Shown here one piece after another: positions 39,933 to 51,686 of a DNA stretch of 64,000 nt. Source of the DNA: an uncultured bacterium (lineage in GTDB: Bacteria > Zixibacteria > MSB-5A5 > UBA10806); the NCBI GenBank assembly GCA_965541585.1, contig CBEUCH010000002.1, positions 224,001-288,000 of the forward strand, in the 5' to 3' direction. Both the position numbers and the translations under genes were made by a program. A model generated the notes under the pieces. The model saw only the letters and a program-made list of their open reading frames with translations. It made no database searches and was not told the origin of the DNA. Numbering within the stretch: position 1 is the first letter of the stretch; each line of letters opens with the position of its first letter.

Positions 39933-41324
39933 ATGAATAGCAAAACTACAGATTTAGAGAGCACAATTTCGGGCGATGCGCCACTTCTTGGCGGTAAACA
40001 TACGTTCGCCAGCCTGACGGAGAAAATCAGCAGCATCACCGAAAGAAAAACGCCTCCGGTCTGGTTCCTGGCATTTGGAGTGGCGTTTTCGCTGCTTCTG
40101 GTTCTGTTCGGCTCAATTGGTTTTCTGTTCTGGGAAGGTATCGGCATCTGGGGTGTGAACAATCCGGTCGGCTGGGGCTGGGCGATAATTAATTTCGTCT
40201 GGTGGGTCGGAATCGGTCATGCCGGTACGCTCATATCAGCGATACTCTTCCTGTTAAGGCAACGCTGGCGCACTTCCATAAACCGCTTCGCCGAGGCTAT
40301 GACGTTATTTGCGGTTTCATGCGCCCTGATATTCCCGGCCATACACGTCGGTCGGGTATGGATTGTATACTATATATTTCCACTTCCCAATCAGATGGCT
40401 GTGTGGCCGAATTTTCGCTCGCCGCTTTTATGGGATGTCTTCGCGGTCGGTACCTATTTTATGGTCTCCTTCCTCTTCTGGTATACGGGTCTGATTCCGG
40501 ACCTGGCTACTCTGAGAGACCGGGCCGTAACCAGAGTCAGGAAGATCATAATGGGAATATTGGCTCTTGGCTGGCGTGGCGGTAACCGTCAATGGAAACA
40601 CTATGAACTTGCTTATCTGATATTGGCAGGAATATCGACGCCGCTCGTACTATCCGTTCATAGCGTGGTTAGCACCGATTTTGCCGTTAGCATTTTGCCG
40701 GGTTGGCATACCACGATATTTCCGCCGTATTTCGTAGCCGGCGCGATATTTTCCGGATTCGCCATGGTTGTGGCTCTTTCGATAATAGCCCGCAAGATTT
40801 ACTCACTGGATGATATAATCACCCTGGAGCATCTCGAAAAGATGAGCAAAATAATGCTGGTCACCGGCATGATGGTCGGCTATGCCTATAGCGTAGAATT
40901 TTTTATTGCCTGGTACAGCGGTAATATCTACGAGCAGTTCGCATTTGTGAACCGGGCTTTCGGAAACTATGCCTGGGCCTATTGGCTGATGCTATGCTGC
41001 AATGTTCTGGTACCGCAGGTGTTCTGGATTAAGAGATGGCGTCGAAAGGTGGCAGTGATGCTTATAGCCAGTATCCTGATCAATGTCGGTATGTGGTTCG
41101 AGAGGTTTGTTATCGTGGTGACATCGCTGTCGCGTGACTTCCTGCCCTCGAGCTGGGACTATTACTCCCCGACGATCTGGGATATCAGCACTTTTGTCGG
41201 CTCATTCGGTCTGTTTTTCACGTTGTTTCTGCTGTTTATCAGGTTTTTGCCCATGATCTCGATGTCCGAGGTAAAAACGGTTCTGCCGGGGGCTAATCCG
41301 CATCAAATGAATATGGGACATTAA
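39933..41324 (+). CDS. actC: Alternative complex III subunit C (NrfD/PsrC family)
   Basis: [45 protein letters not shown]. Confidence 0.94.
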   Translation: MNSKTTDLESTISGDAPLLGGKHTFASLTEKISSITERKTPPVWFLAFGVAFSLLLVLFGSIGFLFWEGIGIWGVNNPVGWGWAIINFVWWVGIGHAGTLISAILFLLRQRWRTSINRFAEAMTLFAVSCALIFPAIHVGRVWIVYYIFPLPNQMAVWPNFRSPLLWDVFAVGTYFMVSFLFWYTGLIPDLATLRDRAVTRVRKIIMGILALGWRGGNRQWKHYELAYLILAGISTPLVLSVHSVVSTDFAVSILPGWHTTIFPPYFVAGAIFSGFAMVVALSIIARKIYSLDDIITLEHLEKMSKIMLVTGMMVGYAYSVEFFIAWYSGNIYEQFAFVNRAFGNYAWAYWLMLCCNVLVPQVFWIKRWRRKVAVMLIASILINVGMWFERFVIVVTSLSRDFLPSSWDYYSPTIWDISTFVGSFGLFFTLFLLFIRFLPMISMSEVKTVLPGANPHQMNMGH

Positions 41325-41869
41325 TGGAAAATCCGAAGACAGATCAGGCCCTGGGGATGCTGGCCCGGTTTGATAGCCCGGCCGAGCTGTTGCATTCGGC
41401 CGAAAAGGTCCGCGATGCCGGCTATAGGGAATTCGATTGCCATTCGCCATTCCCGATCCACGGGATGGACCGTGCGATGGGTCTTAAGCGTTCGCCCCTG
41501 GGCTGGATAGTCGGCCTATCCGCGCTGGTCGGCACCACGGGTGCCCTGGCGTTACAATGGTGGACGAGTTCCGTTGCTTACCCGGTGGTGATTTCCGGTA
41601 AACCGTTTTTCAGTTATCAGGCATATCTACCGGTTACTTTCGCCTTGGGCGTTCTTTTGTCCGCTTTTGTTGCCGTAATAGCCATGCTGGCATTTAATGG
41701 ACTGCCAAGATTGAATCACCCACTCTTTAATTCGGATCAATTTGCGAAAGTTACCGATGATGGTTTCTTTATCAGCATCGATTCGGACGATCCATTGTTC
41801 GATCGAAAAGATACGAAAGCCTTGCTTAATTCGGTAGGTGGGAAAGATATCGAAATCATTGAGGAGTAA
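41324..41869 (+). CDS. actD: Alternative complex III subunit D (DUF3341)
   Basis: SPFPIHG, YP..ISGKP, GLPRLNHPLF, DGFFI. Confidence 0.92.
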   Translation: MENPKTDQALGMLARFDSPAELLHSAEKVRDAGYREFDCHSPFPIHGMDRAMGLKRSPLGWIVGLSALVGTTGALALQWWTSSVAYPVVISGKPFFSYQAYLPVTFALGVLLSAFVAVIAMLAFNGLPRLNHPLFNSDQFAKVTDDGFFISIDSDDPLFDRKDTKALLNSVGGKDIEIIEE

Positions 41870-42501
41870 TGAGACGACTTAGTACACATAGGAATTCTTA
41901 TCTCTCGGCATCGATTGCGATCCTGCTCGGGTTCGTGCTTTTTGTCGGTTGTACCAGGCAGCGTCCTTCGGAGAAACCACCGTTGCATCTCAACCCTGAT
42001 ATGGACAGCCAGCCGAAATACAAGGCCCAGGCGGAGAGTGAATTTTTCGAGGACGGCGCTACCATGCGCACGCCGGTTGCAGGGACCGTGGCCCGGGGTG
42101 ACCTGCGAGACGACGATATATTCTACAAAGGCAGACATGCCGATGGCAGATTTGCGGAAAAAGCGCCGGTGGAGGTCACAAGACAGCTTCTCAATCACGG
42201 CCGGGAGCGTTATGATATTTACTGCGCACCATGTCATAGCCGTGTCGGGGATGGGCGAGGTATAATGGTGACTCGCGGTTATGTTCCACCGCCCACATTC
42301 CATTCTGACAGAATCAGGGGAATGGCGGACGGCGAGATATTCGATGTTATCACGAATGGCGTACGAAATATGCCCTCCTATCGCCATCAGGTAAATCCAC
42401 GGGATCGTTGGGCGATCATCATATACCTGCGCGCCCTTCAACGAAGTCGGGATGCGACAATCGATGATGTACCGGCAGAACTCAGGGAGTCTATCAAATA
42501 A
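41869..42501 (+). CDS. actE: Alternative complex III monoheme cytochrome c lipoprotein
   Basis: Lipobox FVGC, DMDSQPK, MR.PV.GTVARG, CAPCH, MPSY, DRWAI. Confidence 0.92.
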   Translation: MRRLSTHRNSYLSASIAILLGFVLFVGCTRQRPSEKPPLHLNPDMDSQPKYKAQAESEFFEDGATMRTPVAGTVARGDLRDDDIFYKGRHADGRFAEKAPVEVTRQLLNHGRERYDIYCAPCHSRVGDGRGIMVTRGYVPPPTFHSDRIRGMADGEIFDVITNGVRNMPSYRHQVNPRDRWAIIIYLRALQRSRDATIDDVPAELRESIK

Positions 42502-42509
42502 AAGACGCT

Positions 42510-43694
42510 ATGAAATACGACTGCAAGACATACAGACTTGCCGATGGTGGAAATTTCAACAGGATCGCCCTCGCTATTGGCGTTGTCGGTATCGCTTTGA
42601 GTATAGTCGGATATATTGTCGATTCGGAACAGTTTATTCATTCCTATCTCACCGCTTTCATGTTCTGGGTCACGATTGGCCTTGGTGGGATTTTCTTCGT
42701 CATGATTCACCATCTAACGAGCGCCACCTGGAGCGTTGTGCTGCGGCGTCTCGCAGAAAATATCATGATCGTTTTGCCTTTTATGGCTGTAATGGCCATT
42801 CCCCTGCTCATTGGAATTAAGGACTTATACCAATGGAGCAATTATGATATTGTAAAAGCCGATCACCTGCTCGAAGGCAAGTCGGTTTATTTGAATACTC
42901 AATTCTTCATTCTAAGAATGGCCGGTTATTTTGCCATCTGGTATTTATTGGCTCGATATCTTTATAAAACATCTTTGAATCAGGACAGGGGACATAGAGA
43001 TGAATATTTCGCCAGGATGCGGAAAATCAGCGCGCCGGGAATGATCCTGTTTGCATTTACCATCACTCTCGCTTCTTTTGACTGGTTGATGTCGCTTGAT
43101 GCCCACTGGTATTCGACGATATTTGGCGCCTATCTGTTTGCGGGAAGCGTGCTGGGATTTCTTGGATTTCTTATCCTGATAGTAATGTATTTTAAAAGCA
43201 AGGATATATTATCTAAAGAAATAACAATCGAACATTACCACGACCTGGGCAAACTGACCTTTACCTTTATTATCCTCTGGGGCTATATGGCGTTTTCTCA
43301 GTATTTCCTGATATGGTACGGCAATATCCCCGAGGAGACCTTCTGGTTTTTGCATAGATGGGAAGGTTCATGGAAGATTGTCACCTTGATGATAGTTTTT
43401 GGCCATTTCTGTATTCCGTTTTTTATCCTCTTCCCGAGAGGAACCAAGAGAAACCGGGGCGTGTTGACTGTGATGGCGATCTGGATTCTGGGCATGCACT
43501 GGCTTGATTTATACTGGCTGGTAATGCCGTCGCTCCATAAAGACGGCGTGCATTTATCCTGGATGGATTTAACGGCGATGCTGGGTATCGGGGGCATCTT
43601 TGTCTGGCTATTCTGGCGCAGGATGATCGCTCAGCCCCTGGTGCCGATCGGAGACCCGGGTTTGAATAGATCAATTCGATTTGTTAATTCTTAG
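42510..43694 (+). CDS. actF: Alternative complex III subunit F
   Basis: DWLMSL..HWYSTIFG, HDLGK, SQYFLIWYGNIPEE. Confidence 0.92.
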   Translation: MKYDCKTYRLADGGNFNRIALAIGVVGIALSIVGYIVDSEQFIHSYLTAFMFWVTIGLGGIFFVMIHHLTSATWSVVLRRLAENIMIVLPFMAVMAIPLLIGIKDLYQWSNYDIVKADHLLEGKSVYLNTQFFILRMAGYFAIWYLLARYLYKTSLNQDRGHRDEYFARMRKISAPGMILFAFTITLASFDWLMSLDAHWYSTIFGAYLFAGSVLGFLGFLILIVMYFKSKDILSKEITIEHYHDLGKLTFTFIILWGYMAFSQYFLIWYGNIPEETFWFLHRWEGSWKIVTLMIVFGHFCIPFFILFPRGTKRNRGVLTVMAIWILGMHWLDLYWLVMPSLHKDGVHLSWMDLTAMLGIGGIFVWLFWRRMIAQPLVPIGDPGLNRSIRFVNS

Positions 43695-43702
43695 AGATAG
43701 TT

Positions 43703-44062
43703 ATGGCTGAGAAAAATAGTACGAGAATCACAGAAGCTGATAATGCCGGCTATGAGAAGCGGGACGTCAGCGCTGTCAAGCTGATTGTTTTCGGCGGTTT
43801 AAGTTTAATCATTGTTGCAGTTATTTTAGTATTCCTTTACGAATATTTCACGGTGGCCTCCGGCAGGATGGTGGAGGAGATGGTGCTGAAACCGCAATCG
43901 GTAGCTTTGCGTGAACTGCGCGCCAGGGAAACCGAGGAGTTGAATAGCTATAAACTCCTGGATGCCGAGAGGGGGATTTATCGAATCCCCATCAGCCGGG
44001 CGATAGAACTTATGGCGGATGAGGCATACCGGCAGCGCCGTCAAGCATCCATAGGTGATTAG
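43703..44062 (+). CDS. Alternative complex III small subunit (ActG-like)
   Basis: GYE.RD, single TM, RIPISRAIEL; position after actF. Confidence 0.7.
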   Translation: MAEKNSTRITEADNAGYEKRDVSAVKLIVFGGLSLIIVAVILVFLYEYFTVASGRMVEEMVLKPQSVALRELRARETEELNSYKLLDAERGIYRIPISRAIELMADEAYRQRRQASIGD

Positions 44063-44080
44063 GATATTTATGAGTTCGTT

Positions 44081-44944
44081 ATGCCAAACTTAAGAGAAAA
44101 TGCAGCATATCAGGTCCTCCTCATAATCGCCGTCATGCTTTTGTCAGGACGGTCTGGCATCATGGCTCAGATTGTGCAGGACGATCCGGAGGAATTGCGG
44201 GATATCGACGTGGAAGAGCATCTGAACGAATTTATCCCGCTTGACCTTCAGTTTACCGCCGATGACGGCAGCGCTGTTAAATTGGGAAAATACTTCATCG
44301 AGGATAGACCGGTGATTCTGATTATGGGCTATTACTCTTGCCCGATGCTTTGCAATTTGATAATGAACGGTGTCAGCGAAGGGGTCAGGCAGCTTGCCTG
44401 GCTGCCGGGAAAGGAATTTCAAATCGTCAGCGTCAGTATCGATCCCGTCGAAACCGAACTTCTGGCCTCCGCCAAGAAAGGCAATTATATAAAAACTATC
44501 GGCAAGCCAGGAATCGATAAAGGATGGGATTTTCTAACCGGACCGGAAGAACGATCGCGGGCATTGGCCGATGCGGTCGGCTTCAAATATTATTTCGACG
44601 AGGATCAGGATATGTATGCGCATCCGGCCGTACTGGTCGTCCTCACCGGTGATGGCAGGATTTCACGCTATCTATACGGCATAGAATACAATGAGCGCGA
44701 CCTGCGCCTTGCCCTGGTGGAAGCATCCGAGGGCAGAATAGGCAGCACGCTGGATAAGATCATTCTTTATTGTTATCACTACGACCCGGATGCGGGAAGC
44801 TATGTGATTTTCGCCGAAAATATCATGCGTCTTGGTGGGCTTATAACCCTGATCCTGCTGGCTATCTTGTTGATTTCGCTCTGGTTGAAGGAACGTCGTA
44901 AGAGACGTAAAGCATCCGTTAGCGAAAAATCGAACCCGGGTTGA
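44081..44944 (+). CDS. SCO1/SenC copper chaperone
   Basis: YYSCPMLC, VSIDP, YAHPA, RYLYG. Confidence 0.9.
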   Translation: MPNLRENAAYQVLLIIAVMLLSGRSGIMAQIVQDDPEELRDIDVEEHLNEFIPLDLQFTADDGSAVKLGKYFIEDRPVILIMGYYSCPMLCNLIMNGVSEGVRQLAWLPGKEFQIVSVSIDPVETELLASAKKGNYIKTIGKPGIDKGWDFLTGPEERSRALADAVGFKYYFDEDQDMYAHPAVLVVLTGDGRISRYLYGIEYNERDLRLALVEASEGRIGSTLDKIILYCYHYDPDAGSYVIFAENIMRLGGLITLILLAILLISLWLKERRKRRKASVSEKSNPG

Positions 44945-44967
44945 GGTAAGAAAAGAAGAAACAGATA

Positions 44968-45915
44968 ATGGATACAACCGGAACATTATTTATGCCGCCC
45001 GGCAGCTCGACAATCGCCGGCGAGGTCGATGCTCTTTTTTATTTTCTGGTTTATACCTCGATCGCGTTTTTCGCTATCGTGGTATTCGGCTTGGTTTTCT
45101 TCAGCCTGAAATACCGCCGGAGAAAAGACGAAGAGGCCTCAGTTACACCGGGAATCTCCCATAGCACAAAGCTGGAGCTTGTCTGGTCGATAATCCCGGC
45201 CATACTTGTCTGCATCGTTTTCTTCTGGGGTTTCAATGTATATCTCAAAATGAACGTGGTTCCCAAGGACGCCATCGAGATCAAGGTTACCGGCCAGAAG
45301 TGGTTCTGGGCTTTTGATTATCCCGAGGGCATTAACACCGTAAATGAACTGGTCGTGCCGCTGGGCAAACCGGTCAAGCTGCTTTTGTCATCCCGGGATG
45401 TAATCCATAGCTTCTTCGTGCCGGATTTCAGGATTAAGATGGATGCCTTGCCGAATCGCTATACGATTACCTGGTTCGAGGCTACCCAATTGGGGAAGCA
45501 TAATTTATTCTGCGCGGAATTTTGCGGCGATAAGCATTCGGAGATGATCGGCACCGTGAGAGTGGTTTCCGAGCGCGAATATGACGAGTGGCTTGAGACA
45601 GGACTCGAAACCGGCGACGACATGACCCTCCAGGAATACGGAGGCAGGCTTTTTGTATCGAGAGCCTGCAATACATGCCATAGTGTGGAGGGGAAGAATT
45701 CGGTGGGACCGCATCTGGACGGCATTTTCGGCAAGCCGACAGAGCTGGCCGATGGAGGCACGGTTGAAATTGATGAAAACTATATACGCGAGGCAATTCT
45801 AAACCCGCAGGCATCGGTTGTTGCCGGGTTCCAGCCGGTGATGCCGACTTATCAGGGCATATTGAAAGACCGCCAGATAGACGCCTTGATTGCGTATATA
45901 AAATCCTTGGAGTAG
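44968..45915 (+). CDS. ctaC: Cytochrome caa3 oxidase subunit II (CuA + C-terminal heme c)
   Basis: [23 protein letters not shown]. Confidence 0.95.
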   Translation: MDTTGTLFMPPGSSTIAGEVDALFYFLVYTSIAFFAIVVFGLVFFSLKYRRRKDEEASVTPGISHSTKLELVWSIIPAILVCIVFFWGFNVYLKMNVVPKDAIEIKVTGQKWFWAFDYPEGINTVNELVVPLGKPVKLLLSSRDVIHSFFVPDFRIKMDALPNRYTITWFEATQLGKHNLFCAEFCGDKHSEMIGTVRVVSEREYDEWLETGLETGDDMTLQEYGGRLFVSRACNTCHSVEGKNSVGPHLDGIFGKPTELADGGTVEIDENYIREAILNPQASVVAGFQPVMPTYQGILKDRQIDALIAYIKSLE

Positions 45916-45928
45916 ATGGGGATTTGTT

Positions 45929-47542
45929 ATGAACACAATTCCAGAAACAAATTACTTAAACGCCACCAGCGGGATTAAATCGTGGATATTTACGCTGGAT
46001 CATAAGCGGATCGGCGTTCTGTATTTATTCAGTATCATGACCGCATTTTTTATCGGCGGTATGTTTGCCATGGTGATTCGTCTTGAGCTGCTCGGGCCGG
46101 GCAAGGATTTCATAGATGCTCGCACTTATAACCAGGTGTTCACTCTTCATGGCGCGGTGATGATTTTTTTGTTTATCATTCCCTCGATACCGGCGGCTCT
46201 GGGTAATTTCCTCCTGCCGCAAATGATCGGCGCTAAGGATGTCGCCTTTCCTCGTCTGAACCTCGCCAGCTGGTGGATATATATACTCGGTTCGATTTTT
46301 GCGGTTTACTCTATAGCCGCCGGCTCGGTCGATACCGGCTGGACATTCTATACACCCTACAGTACGGAGACAACCGGATCGGTTGTCGCCATGACGCTGG
46401 GGGTGTTTATTCTCGGTTTCTCCTCGATATTTACCGGCCTGAATTTCATAGTCACCATCCACAAGATGAGAGCGCCGGGCCAGACCTGGTTTAAGCTGCC
46501 GCTTTTTGTCTGGGGACTATACGCGACTGCAATCATCCAGGTGATAGCCACCCCCGTTCTGGCAATCACTTTGCTACTTTTAATCCTGGAGAGAGTAGCC
46601 GGTATCGGGATATTTGATCCGGCTCTGGGCGGCGATCCGGTATTATATCAGCATTTCTTCTGGTTCTATTCTCATCCGGCTGTCTATATAATGATACTGC
46701 CGGGTATGGGTATTATCAGTGAATTGATCTCCACTTTTTCCCGCAAAAAGATTTTCGGCTACAAGGCAATTGCTTACTCGAGCCTGGCAATCGCCTTTAT
46801 CAGCTTCCTGGTCTGGGGACATCATATGTTCGTCAGCGGCCAATCGCAATTGGCGGCGATGATTTTTTCGTTTCTAACTTTTCTGGTGGGTATCCCATCG
46901 GGGATTAAGGTATTCAACTGGCTGGCAACGTTGTACAGAGGCAGGATTAGTTTTGAAACTCCGATGCTGTATGCATTATCATTCTTGTTTCTTTTCACAA
47001 TCGGCGGTCTGACCGGTATATTTCTCGGGGCACTGGCGACGGATGTTCATCTGCATGATACTTACTTCGTGGTAGCGCATTTTCATTATGTCATGGTCGG
47101 CGGTACCGTGATGGCTTTTTTAGGAGGAATCCATTACTGGTGGCCGAAAATCTGGGGCCGGATGTATAATGAGCGGTGGGCGAAAATAGCCGCGGCTTTC
47201 GTTTTTGTCGGCTTCAACATGACTTTTTTCACACAATTCATTCTTGGAACGAAGGGTATGCCGCGCCGCTATTACAGCTACCTAGACCAATACCAGCCTC
47301 TCCACGGTTTTTCATCATTTGGCTCGTGGGTAATGGCGATCGGCTTTTTCATTATGGCGTTTTATCTTTTCCGTTCGATTTACAAAGGCCCCGTAGCCGG
47401 CAAAAATCCCTGGGGCGCGTTAACACTTGAGTGGGAGACAACGTCGCCACCTCAGACCGAAAATTTCGAAGAGACGCCTGAGCTGCGGCATGGCCCATAC
47501 GATTACGACAAAATAGTCCCGGAGAGGACATTCAACAGGTGA
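45929..47542 (+). CDS. ctaD: Heme-copper oxidase subunit I, A2 type
   Basis: [22 protein letters not shown] (YS motif), WGHHMF, VAHFHY, GMPRRY. Confidence 0.97.
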   Translation: MNTIPETNYLNATSGIKSWIFTLDHKRIGVLYLFSIMTAFFIGGMFAMVIRLELLGPGKDFIDARTYNQVFTLHGAVMIFLFIIPSIPAALGNFLLPQMIGAKDVAFPRLNLASWWIYILGSIFAVYSIAAGSVDTGWTFYTPYSTETTGSVVAMTLGVFILGFSSIFTGLNFIVTIHKMRAPGQTWFKLPLFVWGLYATAIIQVIATPVLAITLLLLILERVAGIGIFDPALGGDPVLYQHFFWFYSHPAVYIMILPGMGIISELISTFSRKKIFGYKAIAYSSLAIAFISFLVWGHHMFVSGQSQLAAMIFSFLTFLVGIPSGIKVFNWLATLYRGRISFETPMLYALSFLFLFTIGGLTGIFLGALATDVHLHDTYFVVAHFHYVMVGGTVMAFLGGIHYWWPKIWGRMYNERWAKIAAAFVFVGFNMTFFTQFILGTKGMPRRYYSYLDQYQPLHGFSSFGSWVMAIGFFIMAFYLFRSIYKGPVAGKNPWGALTLEWETTSPPQTENFEETPELRHGPYDYDKIVPERTFNR

Positions 47543-48192
47543 AGGATAATCACGCAATAAGACAACCGAAACATCTGGCTCATCACTTCAGCGAGGTCGA
47601 GCAGCAACGCGAATCCGCCAAGATGGGCATGTGGCTATTCCTTCTCACGGAGATCCTGCTCTTCGGCGGATTGTTTGCGGCCTACACAATATACAGGGTC
47701 TGGCAACCCGATATGTTTTATAATGCTCATAAGCATCTGGATGTTTACATGGGCACATTAAACACGATTGTATTAATCAGCAGTTCCGTCACAATGGCGC
47801 TGGCTATAAGGTCTATTCAACTGGATGCCAGAAGAAAGGCCATATATTTTCTCATCACTACCTTGATCCTCGCCGGAATATTCCTGGTTGTCAAGTATTT
47901 CGAATACAGCCATAAAATCCATTTAGGCCAGTTGCCGGGCAAGTACTACACGTATACGGGAATCGAGGGGGATAATCCCCATATCTTTTTCAGCATATAT
48001 TTTATGATGACGGGCCTGCACGGCATCCACGTGCTGGCCGGTATCGCCACCATAGGATGGGTGCTTCGCCGGACTATTCGAGGGGAACTGACCTCGGATT
48101 ACTATACGCCCATGGAGTTGACAGGGCTGTACTGGCATCTTGTCGATGTGATCTGGATATATCTATTTCCGCTACTATACCTGATAGGATAA
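47539..48192 (+). CDS. ctaE: Cytochrome c oxidase subunit III
   Basis: [27 protein letters not shown]. Confidence 0.95.
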   Translation: MKDNHAIRQPKHLAHHFSEVEQQRESAKMGMWLFLLTEILLFGGLFAAYTIYRVWQPDMFYNAHKHLDVYMGTLNTIVLISSSVTMALAIRSIQLDARRKAIYFLITTLILAGIFLVVKYFEYSHKIHLGQLPGKYYTYTGIEGDNPHIFFSIYFMMTGLHGIHVLAGIATIGWVLRRTIRGELTSDYYTPMELTGLYWHLVDVIWIYLFPLLYLIG

Positions 48193-48196
48193 AATT

Positions 48197-48616
48197 ATGA
48201 GCGAACATTCATCAGCAGCGAAACATCACGTCATACCGCTAAGAATCTACCTGGCAGTAGGCATCGCTTTGATAATATTGACAGCCGTTACGGTGCTCGT
48301 ATCGACGATCAATCTCGGGGGCTGGAATGCGATCATCGCGGTCGGTATAGCTTCGGTTAAGGCAACACTGGTAGCTTTTATTTTTATGCACCTGTTATAC
48401 GACAGGAAGATATACCTGGTCGTCTTTCTGGCTGCCATAACGTTTCTGACGGCTTTTATTGCCTTAACCATGTTCGATACGCTGAGCCGGGGGCAGATCC
48501 ATTCAATAACCGAAAAGCCGATAAAAGGCAAAGCCGCAATGTATAGAGATAACGCGATAGATACACTCTCAACGGAGGAAGATTCGCTCTCAGCCGATTC
48601 CGAGAATGAGCATTGA
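48197..48616 (+). CDS. ctaF: caa3-type oxidase subunit IV
   Basis: LT..TV, IA.VKA.LV...FMHL. Confidence 0.85.
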   Translation: MSEHSSAAKHHVIPLRIYLAVGIALIILTAVTVLVSTINLGGWNAIIAVGIASVKATLVAFIFMHLLYDRKIYLVVFLAAITFLTAFIALTMFDTLSRGQIHSITEKPIKGKAAMYRDNAIDTLSTEEDSLSADSENEH

Positions 48617-48690
48617 CATTTTTGTTCTTGAGAATTGTCCGAGATTGATGATACAATTAGGAAATTAAATATAAAAGGACGGTAGCGGTA

Positions 48691-49620
48691 ATGAGAAATT
48701 TCAGAGTAATGGCAACAATCGCCACGCTGGCGACATATTTTGTGATTTTCATGGGAGGTTTGGTGCGTGTTTCCGGGGCAGGCCTGGGATGTCCCGACTG
48801 GCCAAAATGTTTTGGAAGCTGGATTCCGCCGTTGAGCCTCAGCCAGTTGCCGGCGGATATCGATCCCAATTTGTTCAATTTTACCCTGGCCTGGATCGAG
48901 TATATAAACAGGCTGTTTGGTGTCTCCGTCGGTATCCTCATAGCGATCGTCGCCGTCTGGGCGCTGGTCAAATTCCGAAAGATTCCAAGGATAGTAATAC
49001 CCTCCGCGTTGGCCGGTATTCTGGTTGCTTTTCAGGGTTGGCATGGCAGCCGCGTCGTGGCCTCCGAACTCGAACCGTTGGTTGTTTCGGTGCACATGGC
49101 CCTGGCATTAATCATTGTCGGCTTGCTGATATATATATCCCAGCGGGCATACTATATTGAGCGCCCCGACACCGAAAGCAAATCTATCTATCCTCGAGGA
49201 ATGAAAATATGGGTCGGGCTGCTCTGGGTGCTGGCCCTGATCCAGGTTGTATTCGGTACCCAATTCCGCGAGGCTATAGAAATCATTTCCAGGGGATTCC
49301 CTTTATTATCCGAGCAGGCCATAATTGGCCGGGTCGGGGCTATCAAGTATTTTCATCCGGCTTTTGGAATATTTATCGCTATAGCCTCGCTTGCCACAGC
49401 ATACAGGCTCTTGTTTCGGAGCCGGAATCCATCATCGCTCAACTGGCAGTGTGCCTGGACTATGGCCGGGCTGGCGATTATTCAGCTTCTAATCGGCGCG
49501 GGGATGCTCTCGATCGGCATTCCGGCTGTTGCTCAGGTGCTTCATCTATGGGTGGCCAGCCTCATGATCGGTATAATTCTCATTTCGTTTACTGCTCTCG
49601 GTCAAAAACAGGAGGCTTAG
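48691..49620 (+). CDS. ctaA: Heme A synthase (COX15/CtaA)
   Basis: GG.VR..GAGLGCPDWPKC, EY.NR, VH, LH. Confidence 0.9.
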   Translation: MRNFRVMATIATLATYFVIFMGGLVRVSGAGLGCPDWPKCFGSWIPPLSLSQLPADIDPNLFNFTLAWIEYINRLFGVSVGILIAIVAVWALVKFRKIPRIVIPSALAGILVAFQGWHGSRVVASELEPLVVSVHMALALIIVGLLIYISQRAYYIERPDTESKSIYPRGMKIWVGLLWVLALIQVVFGTQFREAIEIISRGFPLLSEQAIIGRVGAIKYFHPAFGIFIAIASLATAYRLLFRSRNPSSLNWQCAWTMAGLAIIQLLIGAGMLSIGIPAVAQVLHLWVASLMIGIILISFTALGQKQEA

Positions 49621-50229
49621 ATGGAATTTAAGAAACCATATCCCGGGATGCTGATGCTGGCGGTGATCGCCATGTTAGTTCTGGGTTTAATCGCGATATT
49701 GGTGGTTAACCGGGCGGATCATTCACGGTCGCAGGTCCCGATCTTCGCCCAACTGTCGGATTTCGAGTTTACAGCAGCTCACTCGGGGCAACCATTTGGA
49801 CTCCAACAGATGCAGGGGAAGCTCAATGTTGTTGATTTTATTTTCACGAGTTGTCCGAGTATCTGCCCCATAATGGCCGTAAATATGTCCGAGCTGTACG
49901 AACTGTACAGGAATTCGGATAAAGTCCAATTCGTTTCGATCTCTGTCGATCCGGATCGCGATTCACTTGAAGCATTGATCGAGTATGGCAGAAGCCTGGG
50001 AGTCGACGATAATCGATGGGTATTTCTGCGGGCGCCTGTCGAGCAGGTGATAGAAGTTTGCGAGGAGCAATTCATGCTGGCCGCGGAGGCTCTGCCTATG
50101 GGCCACACGACAAAATTCATCCTGGTCGATCAACACGGGCGGATCCGCAGTTATCATGAAGGCCTGAAAAATGAGAGCATGCTCGCCCTTAAAAACAATA
50201 TCAAACAATTAAGCCGTGAAATGCGATGA
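49621..50229 (+). CDS. Second SCO-family protein
   Basis: FIFTSCPSICP, SISVDPDRD, HTTKFILVD. Confidence 0.9.
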   Translation: MEFKKPYPGMLMLAVIAMLVLGLIAILVVNRADHSRSQVPIFAQLSDFEFTAAHSGQPFGLQQMQGKLNVVDFIFTSCPSICPIMAVNMSELYELYRNSDKVQFVSISVDPDRDSLEALIEYGRSLGVDDNRWVFLRAPVEQVIEVCEEQFMLAAEALPMGHTTKFILVDQHGRIRSYHEGLKNESMLALKNNIKQLSREMR

Positions 50230-50639
50230 GTGCGGCCGATCTGCCGACTTTAAACGTGGCCCTGAATTTCATCAGCGCAATCTTTCTTCTTACAGGTTTT
50301 ATTTTCATCAAGAGAAACAAGCCATCGATTCATAAAAGATTCATGTTGTTAACTTTGTTTACCTCGGCGCTGTTTCTGATATCCTATCTGGTGTATCATA
50401 TAAATGTCGGCTCGGTTCCCTATCCCTACCATGATTGGACACGGCCGTTGTATTTTGCAATACTGATTCCGCATGTGATCTTATCCGGAATAATGGTGCC
50501 ATTTATTATCGCGGCAGTTCGATTTGCCTTAAAAGAGCAATTCGATAAGCATAGAAAGCTGGTCAGGTGGGTCTGGCCGGTCTGGATGTTTGTCTCTCTC
50601 AGCGGCATTATTATCTATCTGATGTTGTATAGACTCTAA
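50226..50639 (+). CDS. DUF420 membrane protein
   Basis: LP.LN..LN, HK..M, Y..IL..H..L, FDKHRK, PVW.FVS.SG. Confidence 0.88.
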   Translation: MSAADLPTLNVALNFISAIFLLTGFIFIKRNKPSIHKRFMLLTLFTSALFLISYLVYHINVGSVPYPYHDWTRPLYFAILIPHVILSGIMVPFIIAAVRFALKEQFDKHRKLVRWVWPVWMFVSLSGIIIYLMLYRL

Positions 50640-50705
50640 GATATAAGTGTATTCCGTGCTCCGATTATCTTAACGAGGAAGGTCAATAAGAAGATAAAGA
50701 CCGCG

Positions 50706-51686
50706 TTAAAACCTCTTCTGATAGGAATGGCAATAAGGCTGACCATTCTCTTTTGAATAATATTCCTGATGATAATCTTCCGCTTTCCAGAATGGCCCGG
50801 CGGCGGTTACCTCGGTGGCAACCTGATGACCTTTATCCTTCAGTATCCCGATCAGCTTCTCGGTAGTCTGTCTCTGGCGATCATCTACATAGAATACAGC
50901 CGATCGATATTGGTCTCCTGCATCCGGTCCCTGGCGGTTGATCTGCGTGGGATCATGTATTTCGAAAAAGAGGCTCGCCATTTTTTCATATGAAGTTAAT
51001 TCGGAGTCATACACTATTTCAATCGCTTCCGCATGACCGGTTTTGCCGCTGCAGACCTCTGAATAAGTTGGATTCTCCTTATCACCACCCATGTATCCCA
51101 CCGTGGTCGATACCACGCCGGTGGCATTCTGGAAATAATATTCCACACCCCAGAAACAGCCGCCCGCGAAATATGCTTTTTCATATTTCTCGGTTTTCTC
51201 GACCGGTACAAAATTCATTGATATTGAATTAACACAATGCCTGATATTCTTCTCGGTAAAACCCTCGTCGGCAAAAACGTGCCCGAGATGTGCTCCGCAA
51301 TTGTTGCAAAGGATTTCCGTGCGTTTTCCATCGGCGTCGGGCAGTCGTTTGACTGCTCCGGGAATTTCATCGTCGAAACTCGGCCAGCCGCAATGAGAAT
51401 CAAACTTATCGACTGATTTATAAAGTCGAGCGTTGCATCTTTTGCAAACGTAGGTTCCCTTCTCCCAATGATCATGAAATTCGCCGGTGAACGGCCTTTC
51501 GGTTTCCTTCTGAATAATGACGGCCTCTTCCTCGGGTGTTAAGTTATTGTAGTTCATATCATTATCTCCAGAGATGGCTGTTGAGAGAATAATAAATGGT
51601 AGACCTATAGATACTCTCAGAGCAATGGGCAGATAATCGATCACTCTGGATACCGGTCTTTTCAAAATCTTAATTGATCTTTCCAT
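50706..51686 (-). CDS. msrAB: Bifunctional methionine sulfoxide reductase, MsrB-MsrA fusion
   Basis: MsrB: TERPF, CGWPSF, HLGHVF, RHCVNS. MsrA: GGCFWGVE, HDPTQ, AEDYHQ. Alternative start ATG 51557. Confidence 0.95.
   Translation of the reverse strand: MERSIKILKRPVSRVIDYLPIALRVSIGLPFIILSTAISGDNDMNYNNLTPEEEAVIIQKETERPFTGEFHDHWEKGTYVCKRCNARLYKSVDKFDSHCGWPSFDDEIPGAVKRLPDADGKRTEILCNNCGAHLGHVFADEGFTEKNIRHCVNSISMNFVPVEKTEKYEKAYFAGGCFWGVEYYFQNATGVVSTTVGYMGGDKENPTYSEVCSGKTGHAEAIEIVYDSELTSYEKMASLFFEIHDPTQINRQGPDAGDQYRSAVFYVDDRQRQTTEKLIGILKDKGHQVATEVTAAGPFWKAEDYHQEYYSKENGQPYCHSYQKRF

Noticed and set aside
13296..50608. Many long antisense or alternate-frame ORFs inside trp/aro and act/cta genes (e.g. 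16568-17212, 22287-22934, 41737-42441, 48247-49095)
   Set aside because: They lie over well-supported genes and show no family motifs.
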